Below are positions 1-11,890 of a stretch of DNA of 46,027 nucleotides, piece by piece. A model generated the notes under the pieces. It searched no databases. It saw only the letters and a list, made by a program, of their open reading frames with translations, and was not told the DNA's origin. The stretch comes from Octopus bimaculoides. Taxonomy: Eukaryota. A program made the translations under genes and the position numbers. The first letter of the stretch is position 1, and every line of letters starts with the position of its first letter. The stretch is taken from NCBI RefSeq assembly GCF_001194135.2, contig NC_068982.1, positions 51,111,683 to 51,157,709 of the forward strand. Direction: 5' to 3'.

Positions 1-48
1 GACTTTTTCCAAAATTTCAATTTTTTTTTAATCACCCAACTCTGTCAC

Positions 49-237
49 CTTGCTAGATAGAAATGCTTCTGCACAATTGTTCTCTAATTTATAAATACCA
101 GTTCTACCACAATTACAAAAAATCTTAAGGAAATGTTTTCGACCCCCCTCTTCTTTCTGCATCCACACAATTCTTAGTCTTCTATTATAGTTCTTTTCAC
201 ATCGTGGATTGAGAGGGAGGGGTGGACAAATCGCCAT
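49..237 (-). CDS. Possible first coding exon of an unidentified minus-strand gene leaving the window on the left
   Basis: aaacATGGCG start context at 237, 63 open codons (MAICPPLPLNPRCEK...FLSSK), then a possible donor AAG|GTGACA at 49/48. Locally CpG-retaining. Peptide not recognised; may be 5'UTR. Confidence 0.25.
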
Positions 238-289
238 GTTTAATAAAAATCAAAATGATTTTTAAACATTTAAAACTTATCCAACACCA

Positions 290-515
290 CGGCGAAGAAA
301 GAAGGATTGCACGAAGGCGAACTCTGTTATATTTTAATTGATAAAAGAGTGGGGAACGGAGTGTTCCCTTAATATTTTGGTGCTAGACAATTATTGTCAA
401 TTAGAGAGAGCCATTACATTTAAAGCAGGAGCTTGAAGCCTTTCTACGCAATTGAAAATGTAAACAACCTATTAACGCTTCTTCCTTGATGGAAGAAATG
501 AACGTGTGGGTGAGT
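290..515 (+). promoter_or_regulatory. Candidate first exon/TSS region of a plus-strand gene with consensus donor
   Basis: Donor TGG|GTGAGT at 509/510, preceded by ATG GAA GAA ATG AAC GTG TGG (489-509, MEEMNVW; in-frame stop at 453). CpG-retaining segment. The start coordinate is a guess. Confidence 0.3.
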
Positions 516-1189
516 GGTGTAGTATTGAATGTTTTCATGGTGTCATGAGACACGGAAGAGGTATAATTCAAGTTCGGCGTACACCTAACAACTTAGTTTT
601 CTCGTAACTTTCTTAATAATACATCGTTTTTAATGAAAATTTCAGCGAAATACTATCGAAGACATTTGATGAGGATCTTTTCTCTTTGGCTGCCAATTTT
701 CAATATATGGGCTTAACTTCTAATAAAATAAAAGATAGGCATTTGAGGTTAATATGAGTTTGTTGTCAGATATTATGTTTGGAAGTTGAAGAAACCTCAT
801 TTTCCTTACCAAGTGAAGTGGAACATTTTAGTAAAACTATGAACTTCCTTTTTCTTTTCTTTTTTAGCATGAAATCCTCAATAGAAAGTTAAAGTTGGAG
901 AAAAACTTCACTGGAATAAAATGCATAAAGCATTCCTCCTAAATGTCAATTTAAAGTTATTATTTTAAACAACGAAAGTAGACTTAAATTTATTGTATAA
1001 TTAATTTAGGCTGGGGCTTTAAATTTTGCCCCATGATTTATTCAACCAGGAGCTGAATGAGTCTCCAGGCAAAACTCAGAAGTCCCCCTCAAAATAAGTT
1101 TCCTCTATTGTCCACTAACTGAATACATCCCTCTATCATACTCTTGCTTCTCAACACCTGGCATAAGCTGCCACCTACCTCAATACCCT

Positions 1190-1435
1190 TCCCTCTCAAT
1201 CAAGGAGTCTTCTTGTCTTACAGCTTACTTGACAACCTCACTAGTGCCAGTGACATGAAAAAGCAGCCAGTACACTCTATGAAGTGGTTCTCATTATGAA
1301 GGACATCCAGTCAAAAATACCGTACCAAAACAGACATTGGAGTGTGACACAGTCCTCTGACCTATTAGATCCTGTCTAGCCATCTAACCTATGCCAGCAT
1401 AGAACACAGAAGCTAAATGCTAATGATGATGATAT
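1190..1435 (+). mobile_element. SINE/LINE 3' tail fragment ending in (GAT)n
   Basis: ...ctaacctatgccagcatagaacacagaagctaaatgctaatgatgatgat. Related tails occur inverted at ~16027-16300 and ~28730-28910. Confidence 0.5.
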
Positions 1436-1446
1436 ATATGTGTATA

Positions 1447-1477
<31 letters not shown>

Positions 1478-1869
1478 GTATTAATGGTATTCCACCCTAA
1501 TGAAACACCCACACACAGTTGTTGTTGAGAAGAATTCAACTGTATAATAATTATAAAGAATGATCTTTGAATATAAACTCGGCAACTTAAGGCTGTTTTG
1601 CAGTGCAGAAACAAATGTTGTAATCTACATTTGTTGTTAACCTCCATCCCCGTGTTACATCATCCTTGTGTATATATACATACATANNNNNNNNNNNNNN
1701 NNNNNNNNNNNNNNNNNNNNNNNNNNNNNNNNNNNNNNNNNNNNNNNNNNNNNNNNNNNNNNNNNNNNNNNNNNNNNNNNNNNNNNNNNNNNNNNNNNNN
1801 NNNNNNNNNNNNNNNNNNNNNNNNNNNNNNNNNNNNNNNNNNNNNNNNNNNNNNNNNNNNNNNNNNNNN

Positions 1870-1907
<38 letters not shown>

Positions 1908-2367
1908 ATATTAGATAGATAGATAGATAGATATCTTCATCATCATCATATATATATATGCATATATTGGAAGGTGCCATATGGTGATGATAATTAGTTG
2001 ATATTTGATTAATGATAAAGAATGTGTTTATACCCCTTTGTGCTTTCATTTTTAGTCCAAGAACATGTCATGTGTGACCCATCATTTTTGTTGGACTTCC
2101 ATTCAACAGGCAATCGACAACTTTGGCTTCAATTTCAGGGTTCCTCAAATATTACTACCAAATGAATGGTAATCTAACTGAGGAATAATAATCTAACCAT
2201 TCATTGCATCTTTAACTCCTGACACAGACTTTTCTACAATGGCAGTAAAGGCACCGAAAAGCCTTCATTTCTAATATAGTCATGAATTATTTACATTGAA
2301 AATAAGGATATTCACTACTCTGTATATATAATTGCTTGGAAATCTGCAGAGAATATTCTAGTTTCTT

Positions 2368-2558
2368 AAGGTGGCAAGCTGGCAGAAACGTTAGTATGCT
2401 GGGCAAAATACTTAACGGTATTTTGTCTGTCTTTACGTTCTGAGTTCAAATTCCGCTGAGGTCTACTTTTCCTTTCAGGGTCAATAAATTAAGTACCAGT
2501 TGATCTAATTGACTGGTCCCCTCCCCATAAATTTGGGGCCTTGTGCCTAGAGTAGAAA
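2368..2558 (+). mobile_element. tRNA-derived SINE (Nin/Meta-domain-like family) with 18-bp TSD
   Basis: Head ggtggcaagctggcagaaacgttag, B-box-like gagttcaaattcc, core cctttcagggtcaataaattaagtaccag. Flanked by identical agaatattctagtttctt at 2350-2367 and 2559-2576. Confidence 0.85.
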
Positions 2559-3373
2559 AGAATATTCTAGTTTCTTCAATATTTGCACCTTGCTACCTCT
2601 TCAAACTTGCAAACCAGTTCTTACTACCTTTAAGTGTTTTATCTTCAGCCTATTTTTTTCTTTAGTTCATCAAAAATAGACTTTACCTTATTATAAATAA
2701 TATTTGACTCACTAGAATTTATTTCTGGTTCAAGTTTGCGACTTACAATGTTAATCACATCTCCATTTGCTCTTGCTAATTTACCACAAGAATAACTCAC
2801 ATCGCACTTACTCTAGTAGCTTGTTGCATTGAAGTTTTATTTTCTCTGCATTTTTTGTGATCAGCATAACAGTCGGTGGCAGTATAAATTCGTAGACCTA
2901 CAAACACTAGACCAGCTTTTATCAACTTTCGTTTGACATATGGTATTCATTTTCTTTTAAACTTGTGTCTTGGTCTGCTCTCTTGACTGGAGCACTCAGA
3001 TTTTCAGATTTACTAATCCCCTATTTCAGACATACAGTTCCTTTTTTTTTTTTTTTTTTTTTTTTCTTTTGCCATATCGTGAAACTGTAACTTTACTTTA
3101 ATATTATAGATTATTGTATGAACAGTAAATATTCTGGAACAGTAAGCAAAGAAATAGTGCATATAATCACTACTAAATTACATAAACAATATTTATAATT
3201 AGTGATAAATAACTTTACTAATTATCTTATATGAATTCTTGGAATATAACAGGTCTCATTGGAAAAGAAAGGATAATATATGTGTTCTTCACAAAGAATA
3301 GAAATTAAACAACAAAAAAAAAAAAACAGTTACATTTCTAAATGTTCACCTTATCTTTGTATTCATTTTATAG

Positions 3374-3417
3374 AAATTGCACTGGTATCATAATCATGAA
3401 CATATGGCAAAAATTGG
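3374..3417 (+). other. Candidate small exon (44 nt), coding status unknown
   Basis: Acceptor ttatctttgtattcattttatag| and donor tgg|gtaaat. Two frames are open (KLHWYHNHEHMAKIG; NCTGIIIMNIWQKL). No homology recognised. Confidence 0.2.
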
Positions 3418-3446
3418 GTAAATTTTAAACCAGGCTTTTTATCACT

Positions 3447-3542
3447 CAGTGTAAATGACACAAGCATAAACAGTGTAAATGACACAAGCATAAACAGTGT
3501 AAATCACACAAGCATAAACAGTGTAAATCACACAAGCATAAA
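3447..3542. repeat. 24-bp minisatellite x4
   Basis: cagtgtaaat(g/c)acacaagcataaa repeated four times. Confidence 0.95.
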
Positions 3543-3786
3543 CTCAAGACAGCCTGTAAATCTATGTATTTTTGGATGGTGGTTTTGTGTGTGTGTGTCC
3601 TCATAGAAATATATATGTGTATGTTTATATACATGTGTGTGTATGGGTAAATATATATATACACGCATGCACGCACACACGCACAGAGTAACCAAATAAA
3701 GAATGATATTCATATAATACTTAATTTATTTACATATGTTTCAACTGATTCAATGAACTGTATGCACCACACATCATAGGCTTCAT

Positions 3787-3962
3787 GCTTAATCAGTCAA
3801 TTAATTGATCGATTAATCAGCCAGTTTATGGAAAGGTAATCTCATGAAACCATTCTCTTCAGAACAGTCATCTCAAAAACTATTCTCAAAAGACAATGGT
3901 TTCATGAAATGACTATTCCATAAATTGGTTGATTACTTGAACAATTGATCGGTTGATTAAGC
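3787..3962. repeat. Imperfect inverted repeat, MITE-like foldback
   Basis: Left arm gcttaatcagtcaattaattgatcg...tttatggaaaggtaatctcatgaaaccatt matches the reverse complement of aatggtttcatgaaatgactattccataaattgg...gattaagc. Confidence 0.7.
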
Positions 3963-5282
3963 TTTGCACATCATGCATGATATGTAGAGGATAAAGTTCA
4001 TTGAATTAATTGATACATATGTATATAAATAAAGTATTATATGAATATTATTCTTCCTTCTGTTGTGTCTTGAGGGAGTCAATACATCAATATCAATAAC
4101 ACGTGTACTAGTTCAATTCCACTTCTTTATTAGTCAGCTAGCTTAACAGCTGCACTCTATGCAGATTTTTAAGCTGGCAACTACAGCGGGCTAATTGGGC
4201 AAAACTACAGAGAGCTGAATAGCATGACTGTAATATGTCTATAATGACGATATGCCCCAGTGGTGTGTGCTCAGAGGTTAAGGACAGATGAGAATTAATT
4301 TTGTAATGCAACCATTTTGTTGTTCCAGGCACAAGTTGAATTCCAACTGTTGGCCAATTTATCCCAAAGTTATCTCAACATAAAATTCATGAAGCGAATG
4401 TCACTTATCTACCCCCACCCTTGATCTCTGACATCATCTGACCAAGATGTTGTGAATCAGCCAAGCTTTACCTGCTAGAAATAGCAACCCAAATACTTTT
4501 AAATCAGATCTCAATACTGGATGTTCAAGAACCAATTGAGGGGAAGATTTTCAATCCCAAGATCATCCCGATTCCAAAAAGGTGTAATATGTCTCTGCAG
4601 AACAAATGCAGACTGAGATACAGGGGTTCGGACAGACAGAATTTCGCGTTTATTAATATATATTGGTAAATATCTATCCAACTAACTAATCAATCATTTG
4701 TTTAACTTGTTGGTAAACAGTCAACCCTCTTTTTTCTTTTTTTCCCATAACCTTTTCAGTGACTAAGTCTCCTACTTTACTCTGGAAATGAGGCTGTCTT
4801 TGCCTGTTTGAGCATTCTTTATCTGATTACTGTTACATTTGTGATTAATTTAACTACCTATCAATTGAATATCTCGAGTTTTACAGTTTGCACCTATCAC
4901 AAAGTATGAATAATCTATTTGGATTACTATACTCTTTAATGGACATTTTGTTGGCCAGGTTTATCATGTTGTGTGTTAACTGAGGTATTCATCTGGATTT
5001 ATTCAACCTTTATTTTCCTTCACTACATACATATAGATAATGTGTATGTGGAGGGGGTGGGGTTATATGTGCAGGCATGGCTGAATGTTTAAGAAGTTTG
5101 CTTTACAACTGTACAGTTTTGGTTTCAATACTACAACATAGCACAATGGACAAGCATCTTCTAACTATAGTCTTAGACTGATCAATAATTTGTGAGTGAA
5201 ATTTGGTAAATAAATACTATAGAAAAAAGTCTGTAAGAAGAGTACAAAAGTGAGGCAGACCACTAAATCATCAGATCTCAAT

Positions 5283-5470
5283 ATAATTTACTCTTTTATT
5301 TGATTCAGTCATTTGACTGTGACTGTGCTGGAGTATCACCTTTGGTCGAACAAATCTACCTAGTATTATTCTATCGGTCTCTTTTGCTGAACCGCTAAGT
5401 TACGGGGACGAAAACACACCAACATCAGTTGTCAAGCTATGGTGGGAGGACAAGCACAGACATTCACACG
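5283..5470 (-). mobile_element. SINE 3' part (second tRNA-SINE family), inverted
   Basis: Reverse complement of the tail at 5690-5850 and 9640-9815 (gtttacgtccccgtaac...aaaagagaccgatagaata...gactgaaac). Confidence 0.75.
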
Positions 5471-5494
5471 AATATTTATACATATATTTATATA

Positions 5495-5850
5495 GCCCAC
5501 AGGAGTGGCTATGTGGTAAGTAGCTTGCTTACCAACCACATGGTTCCGAGTCCAGTCGACTGCATGACACCTTGGGAAAGTGTCTTCCACTGTAGCCTCA
5601 GGCCGACCAAAGCCTTGTAAGTGGATTTGGTAGACAGAAACTGAAAGAAGCCCATCGTGTGTGTGTGTATTTGTGTGTCTCTGTCTCCTGGTGTTGGTGT
5701 GTTTACGTCCCCATAACATTAGCAGTTCAGCAAAAGAGACCGATAGAATAAATACTAGGCTTACAAAGAATAAGTCCTGGGGTCGATGTGTTTAACTAAA
5801 GGCGGTGCTCCGGCATGGACACAGTTAAATGACTGAAACGAATAAAAGAA
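5495..5850 (+). mobile_element. Near full-length tRNA-derived SINE (second family)
   Basis: Head caggagtggctatgtggtaagtagcttg...ggttccgagtcc, body caccttgggaaagtgtcttcc...gtggatttggtagac, internal (GT)n, tail ending gaataaaagaata. Confidence 0.85.
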
Positions 5851-5854
5851 TATG

Positions 5855-6232
5855 ATGGGTTTCTTTCACTTTTTGTCAACCAAATCCACTCACAAGGCTT
5901 TGGTCGACCTGAGGCTATAGTAGAAGACACCTGCCCAAGGTGCCACAGAACCTGGATCTCTGTGGTTGGGAAGCAAGTTTCTTATATCTTTACTGCCCAC
6001 AAAGGGCTACACACAGGGGGGACAAACAAGGACAGTCAAACGGATTGAGTCGACTATACCGACCCCAGTGCGGACCCCGAAAGGATGAAAGGCAAAGTCG
6101 ACCTCGGCGGAATTTGAACTCAGAACGTAGCGGCAGACGAAATACCGCTAAGCATTTCACCTAGCGTGCTAAAGTTTCTGCCAGCTCGCCGCCTTTGGGT
6201 TGGGAAGCAAGTTTCTTACCACACAGCCACTC
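5855..6232 (-). mobile_element. Second-family SINE 5' half interrupted by a nested Nin/Meta-type SINE (5985-6197) with 21-bp TSD
   Basis: ggttgggaagcaagtttctta is duplicated at 5964-5984 and 6198-6218. The insert is the reverse complement of the ggcggcgagctggcagaa... family and retains many CpGs. Confidence 0.85.
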
Positions 6233-7799
6233 TTGTGAATATTATATTTCGTCTTTGGAGAATGTCTTACCGACAATATATGTTAATAACACAATTTATT
6301 GACTAAAGTGACTTGAGACATCGATGTTTTGACCTAGTTGTCTCTCCAGTTAAAGCTATCCCTCCATGGATCAATGAATTTAAAAAATGCTTTATTTAAG
6401 TTAAAATATTTTGATATGTTTCTTTAAAAATTTATTCAAGGAATTTGCTTATAAAAAAATTAATTAATATGAAAGAAATTTTTTTCCTAGTTCAATCTCA
6501 ATGAATAGCAGCTGTTCAATCAATCCATAACGTTAGTTTGATAATAAAAAAAAAAAGTTTCTAATTAGTTCGATTGATATAATTCTGTATTTATTTGGAT
6601 GGTAAAGCCATAATTTTTTAGTCTTCTCTTGTTTTATTGTGTAAACTCAGTTTTTTCTATTCAGTTTCTTCTAATCCAGACCTTTGGCATGAATGTAGTT
6701 GGCATGAATGTGGTGCATACGTTGTCAGCCAAATGACTAGATGCACTTAATAACATGCCAGGGGTTAAGTGATATGTAATGCAATGCTGTATTCTCTCCG
6801 CTGTATTCATTTGCTGATAGCCTCGAGTGGTAAACTTGGTTTCAGCACAATTGTTGCTCAGCCCATTTTTTTTTTTTTTTCTAGGTATAAATTTTTAAGC
6901 TCATAACTTTTTTTTCATTATTGACCCCAATACCAGTCAAATTAAGATTGAATGTAGCTTTTGCATTGCAGTCATTATTTCATAGTATCGCAAAACTAGG
7001 GGAAAATTTTTTCTTCTATTTGCTATGCCTTCGATACACTCGAAGATTGCATTTGCCTATGAAGTCTGCCGAGAACAGCTATTTACATTTTGACTGTTAT
7101 TTCTAGCGTTTTCAAAGAAATGAATGCGATTTTTGTCATCAGCATGCAAAACTACCTCAGTATGGAAAATTTGAAAACAATCCATTGAAAATTGGAAAGT
7201 TTTCAAGTGGTTGAAAGAAAACAAAGATCCAAAATAGTTATTCATTTCTATGAAAAAAAAAATCAATCTTTTTAAAAACCTTTAGAATCTTCAAAAAAAT
7301 TTTGGTTTTTGAATTAAAAAATGATTAAATATTTTTAAAATTAGAAAAAAATTAGGCCTTGAGGATTTGCAGCTGCAGTTTTTGTTGTTGCCTTTTTGGG
7401 TATATATCGTTTGCATTTGAAGTATATAAAAATATGTTTGCATTTGTAATTACATTTTCATCTTTAATAAACTAAAGCTGAAACAGAAACAAAAGCCTTT
7501 TATTTTTCCAAAAAGGGGGGGGGGGGGAAATGTCCTGCTTTCAAATGCATACATGTTTATATACTTTAAATGTAAACAAAATATATTTATAAACCAAAAA
7601 ACACTACTACATCTGTAAAACCAACTAAATAAGTTTCTAATGAGGAGAAAAAAAAACTGAATAAATATATTTTGTTTTTCCTTAAAATTAAAACAAAGAA
7701 TGTTGATTCTGAATTTGAAGTTCACTACATGAAAATGAGAAAATCATTTTAAGGGTATAAAAGATTAGAGGGGGTAATTTTAACAGATGTACGTTTAAC

Positions 7800-7965
7800 T
7801 CATTTTGTTACTATATTTCTTCGTGTTCTGAGTTCAAATGCCACCGAAGTTGACTTTGCCTTTCATCTTTTAGGAGGTCTGTAAAGGAGGTCTATAAAAA
7901 AAGTACTAGTTGAACACTGGGGTCAAAGTAACTGACTTTGTTGACGTTGTACCAAAATTAAAAAG
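7800..7965 (+). mobile_element. Truncated Nin/Meta-type SINE
   Basis: gttctgagttcaaatgccaccgaagttgactttgcctttcatcttt...gttgaacactggggtc. Confidence 0.7.
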
Positions 7966-8057
7966 AATTTTTGCGTTGAAATACACTGCATTCTATTTAA
8001 TTAATTCTGAATGTAATTAACAATTTAGGAAAATAACTCAATATTAAGGTGGTGTTT

Positions 8058-8330
8058 TAAGGCGGCGAGCTGGCGGAATCGTTTGCACGTCAGACAAAAT
8101 GCTTAGCGGCATTTCGTACGTCTTTACGCTTAGCGGTATTTCGTACGTCTTTACGCTTAGCGGCATTTCGTACGTCTTTACGTTTTGGATTTAAATGCTG
8201 CCGAGGGTCGACTTTGACTTTCATCCTTTCAGGGTTATCAAAATAAGAACCAGTTGAACGCAGTGGTCGATGTAATCGACTTACTCCTTCCCTTGGAATT
8301 GCTGGCCTTGTGCCAAAATTTGAAACTAGT
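8058..8330 (+). mobile_element. Nin/Meta-type SINE with internal 27-bp triplication
   Basis: Head ggcggcgagctggcggaatcg. cttagcgg(c/t)atttcgtacgtctttacg x3 at 8102-8182. Tail ggccttgtgccaaaatttgaaac. Confidence 0.85.
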
Positions 8331-9629
8331 ATTTAGATGGTGTTTGGGACAAAAGATTAATGTGGGATTTTGATGGAAAGATTTTAATTAAAATCACTTT
8401 TAAACAAGGAAGTTTGTATCTTAGAATCAGGGGCGGCCTCAGATGGGCTGGTACTACTACTCAGGTAATCGATACTAATTGATACTCTTAAATTTTGCGT
8501 ATGTGTTTAAATGGAGTGCATTGTGTTCTGGCATGTTGTAGCTCGCACTTGGTATCTGGAAGTGACTCAGGATATACGATACGAAATAAAGATGCAACAA
8601 ACACCCTAGTATATCTTTGTGTGTGTGTGTGTGTGCATGCGTGCATTAGCTTTCATTTTTCATCCAAATAGTCGGGTTTCCTTATGCAATTGTTCTATGA
8701 CGGTGTAAACTGCAATCAACCCACTTGAATTGGTTGCCCATTTACGCTCAAACTTCTTTTAAAATCGCCTGTAAGTGTGTGTGGAGTGGCAGTGAAAAAG
8801 TTGATTCCTGTTGTTGTTAGCGATATTCAGTATGACAAAAACAATAATAAAAGTTCGAGTAGCGTTTGTCACATTACACTTATTGGTTGATTTATGTGAG
8901 AATTGGAGACCACGAACCACGAAGCTGTAAGAACTACTGGTCAGAGGAAATTTATTATTTACATCATAATTCGTTTTAAGGCAGCGAGTTGGCAGAATCA
9001 GTCAATATATAGTTTGAGACTCGTTAACGAAAATACAATTAAAACTCGCCTACTAGGTGTAAAAAAAATGTGTCGAAAACGAGACAAGACTTCCTTTTGT
9101 AACCCCTCCCCCCCCCCAAAAAAAANNNNNNNNNNNNNNNNNNNNNNNNNNNNNNNNNNNNNNNNNNNNNNNNNNNNNNNNNNNNNNNNNNNNNNNNNNN
9201 NNNNNNNNNNNNNNNNNNNNNNNNNNNNNNNNNNNNNNNNNNNNNNNNNNNNNNNNNNNNNNNNNNNNNNNNNNNNNNNNNNNNNNNNNNNNNNNNNNNN
9301 NNNNNNNNNNNNNNNNNNNNNNNNNNNNNNNNNNNNNNNNNNNNNNNNNNNNNNNNNNNNNNNNNNNNNNNNNNNNNNNNNNNNNNNNNNNNNNNNNNNN
9401 NNNNNNNNNNNNNNNNNNNNNNNNNNNNNNNNNNNNNNNNNNNNNNNNNNNNNNNNNNNNNNNNNNNNNNNNNNNNNNNNNNNNNNNNNNNNNNNNNNNN
9501 NNNNNNNNNNNNNNNNNNNNNNNNNNNNNNNNNNNNNNNNNNNNNNNNNNNNNNNNNNNNNNNNNNNNNNNNNNNNNNNNNNNNNNNNNNNNNNNCGTAT
9601 ATGTATATATGTTTGTGTGTGTGTTTCCC

Positions 9630-9818
9630 CCCGCCCCCGGCATCGCTTGACAACCGATGCAGGTGTGTTTACGTCCCCGTAACTTCGGTTCGGCAAAAGA
9701 GACCGATAGAATAAGTACTAGGCTTACAACGAATAAGTCCTGGGGTCGATTTGCTCGACTAAAGGTGGTGCTCCAGCATGGCCGAAGTCAAATGACTGAA
9801 ACAAGTAAAAGAGTAAAA
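9630..9818 (+). mobile_element. Second-family SINE 3' half (5' part probably in the N gap)
   Basis: catcgcttgacaaccgatgcaggtgtgtttacgtccccgtaac...gactgaaacaagtaaaagagtaaaa. Confidence 0.8.
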
Positions 9819-9881
9819 TATGCGGAAAAATACGGAGATTATAATTCTGAAAAAAATTTCCAAAAATTTTTCTAGGTAGAG

Positions 9882-9937
9882 TTTTAGGGTTAGGGTTAGG
9901 GTTTTAGGGTTAAGGTTAGGATTGGAGTTTTAGGGTT
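9882..9937 (+). repeat. Interstitial telomere-like (TTAGGG) degenerate repeat
   Basis: ttttagggttagggttagggttttagggttaaggttagg...ttttagggtt. Confidence 0.8.
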
Positions 9938-10854
9938 ACGGAAAAAGTGAAAAATGAAGAAATTGGGGGAAGGGGGCACAAATGTCAAAATTCCGATTTT
10001 TGGCAATTTTCCGGAATCTCCGTATCCGAAAACATGAGTTTTTGGAAAAAAAAAAAAAAACACACAATTTGTGAGAAAATGGTTGGGGACGAGAGGAAGT
10101 CTTTCCCAATAACGTGCTGAGCAATAATTAATTTCGCTGATTATTGACCGTGTTCAAATCCTGCCAGTCTATTTCGACATTGCATTTTACCCTATTGTCA
10201 GCAGGAAATATTTACTCCAGCACATCATCTGTTTGTGTGTATATGTACGAATGATATATTATGCAATCAAAATTTATAGTCACCAACTGACAAGAGATAC
10301 ATACACCAAAGCCCAAGTAGCAGGGCAGAGAGAACAGGAAGGTTTTTCTCTTAATATCTAGGATAACATCAGTAACAACGATTAATAAATAATATATACT
10401 AACTACACACGCCATAATACGAGTCTGATTCACGTCCTCAAAAGGTTTTCGAATTTCGAAAGAAGTAGACGAACGTTTTCTGGCGCCAACAGAAAATATA
10501 TTTATATAGAAATGGTACTGCAACGAACAATCCCTTAAACTTAAACAATTTTTGATTAAAGGTTTTGTTTTTATAAGAATTAAAATAAAATCATTGCATA
10601 TTCTTAATACCTCATGTTTTCTATACACAAAAATCTGGAGATTGTTTAGAAAAAGGTATTAATATAAATTTAAGGTGGGGATCAAAAAACCTTGCACGCT
10701 TAAATGAGAGTGGAAAATGACAATTTTCTGTAATAACAATCTCATTTGCAGCCGTAATATTACCTGAATATCAACACCCTTATTATAATAGTGTATAACA
10801 GTGTTACTCAAGGTTTGATGCACAATTAAATGTGTGTGTGTGTGTCTTTCCTAT

Positions 10855-10872
10855 CGTAATCTGGGAAAGTTA

Positions 10873-10904
<32 letters not shown>

Positions 10905-10922
10905 TAACTTTCCCAGATCACG
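10855..10922. repeat. Near-perfect palindrome centred on (TA)n
   Basis: cgtaatctgggaaagttag-(TA)n-ctaactttcccagatcacg with one mismatch. Confidence 0.9.
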
Positions 10923-11064
10923 GAAAGAAATACATGTTTTGGGGAAATCGAAGTAGAGTGTGTGAACAAAAAAAAGTTGAGAAACATTGATATATTGTAA
11001 ATAGAAGTATTCCGTATAATGGGGTCTAATCATCTGAGCTACATTGCGAGTATTTGCTACTTAA

Positions 11065-11210
11065 CGAAAGGTAATATCGGTTTCAAATTTTGGCACAATA
11101 CCAGCAAGTTCGGGGAAGGGTGCAAGCCGATTATATCAGCCCCAGCCGTCAACTGGTATTAACTTTATCAACATCAAAAGGAGGAAAGGCAAAGACGACC
11201 TCGGCGGAGA
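11065..11210 (-). mobile_element. Nin/Meta-type SINE fragment
   Basis: Reverse complement of the SINE tail and core (tttcaaattttggcacaa...aaaggcaaagacgacctcggcgg). Confidence 0.7.
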
Positions 11211-11758
11211 GGACTTTCGGAAAATTCACACGATCCGATTTTTTTCCTCAAAACTTTCAGGAAAATATTTTCCCCACAAATTTCTTTATAATCGTAATCT
11301 ACACCGTTTGAATCAGACGAGCGTTATGGAGCGTATAAATTATTTCTTTGTATTACTATCTTGTCGTACTAATTAGTATATGTCATTATTTATTTGTTAG
11401 TGTTCTAATAGAATATACTATTTACACTGTTATAATAATGTTGATGTTCAGCTAATATCACTGCTGCAGAATATTGATTTGGATGATATAGGAAAGCTAA
11501 CATCTAAATTAGATTAATTACAGAAAATTGTCGTTTTGAAGTAACTTTTTTAAGCGTGTATTTATTTATTTTTATTTTTATTTTTGTTTTAATCCCCACG
11601 TCAACTTTTTATCATGCTCATTTTTTAATGGTGTCCACATTTTTATGCATACCGAAAAACAAAATATATCAGAGATCAAGAATTAACAAAATCTTTGTTA
11701 TAATTCTTTAACAAATGTCTTTCTATTAGAAACTCCTTAAGGGGACTTGCAGCTGCAG

Positions 11759-11761
<3 letters not shown>

Positions 11762-11836
<75 letters not shown>
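11762..11836. repeat. (TA)n microsatellite
   Basis: Uninterrupted TA run of about 75 nt. Confidence 0.95.
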
Positions 11837-11840
<4 letters not shown>

Positions 11841-11890
11841 GCGCGCACGACATACAGTGTTTTTTATGGTGTGAAGTATAAATCTTGGAC

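Noticed and set aside
8672-8770. 99-nt exon with good AG and GTAAGT sites
   Set aside because: Stops in all three frames; at most a UTR exon.
9882-9937. True chromosome end
   Set aside because: Short, degenerate and internal to the scaffold.
10212-10628. 138-aa ORF with a TM-like stretch as a membrane protein
   Set aside because: No recognisable family, and hydrophobic runs are expected by chance in AT-rich DNA. Only the promoter-like signals were kept.
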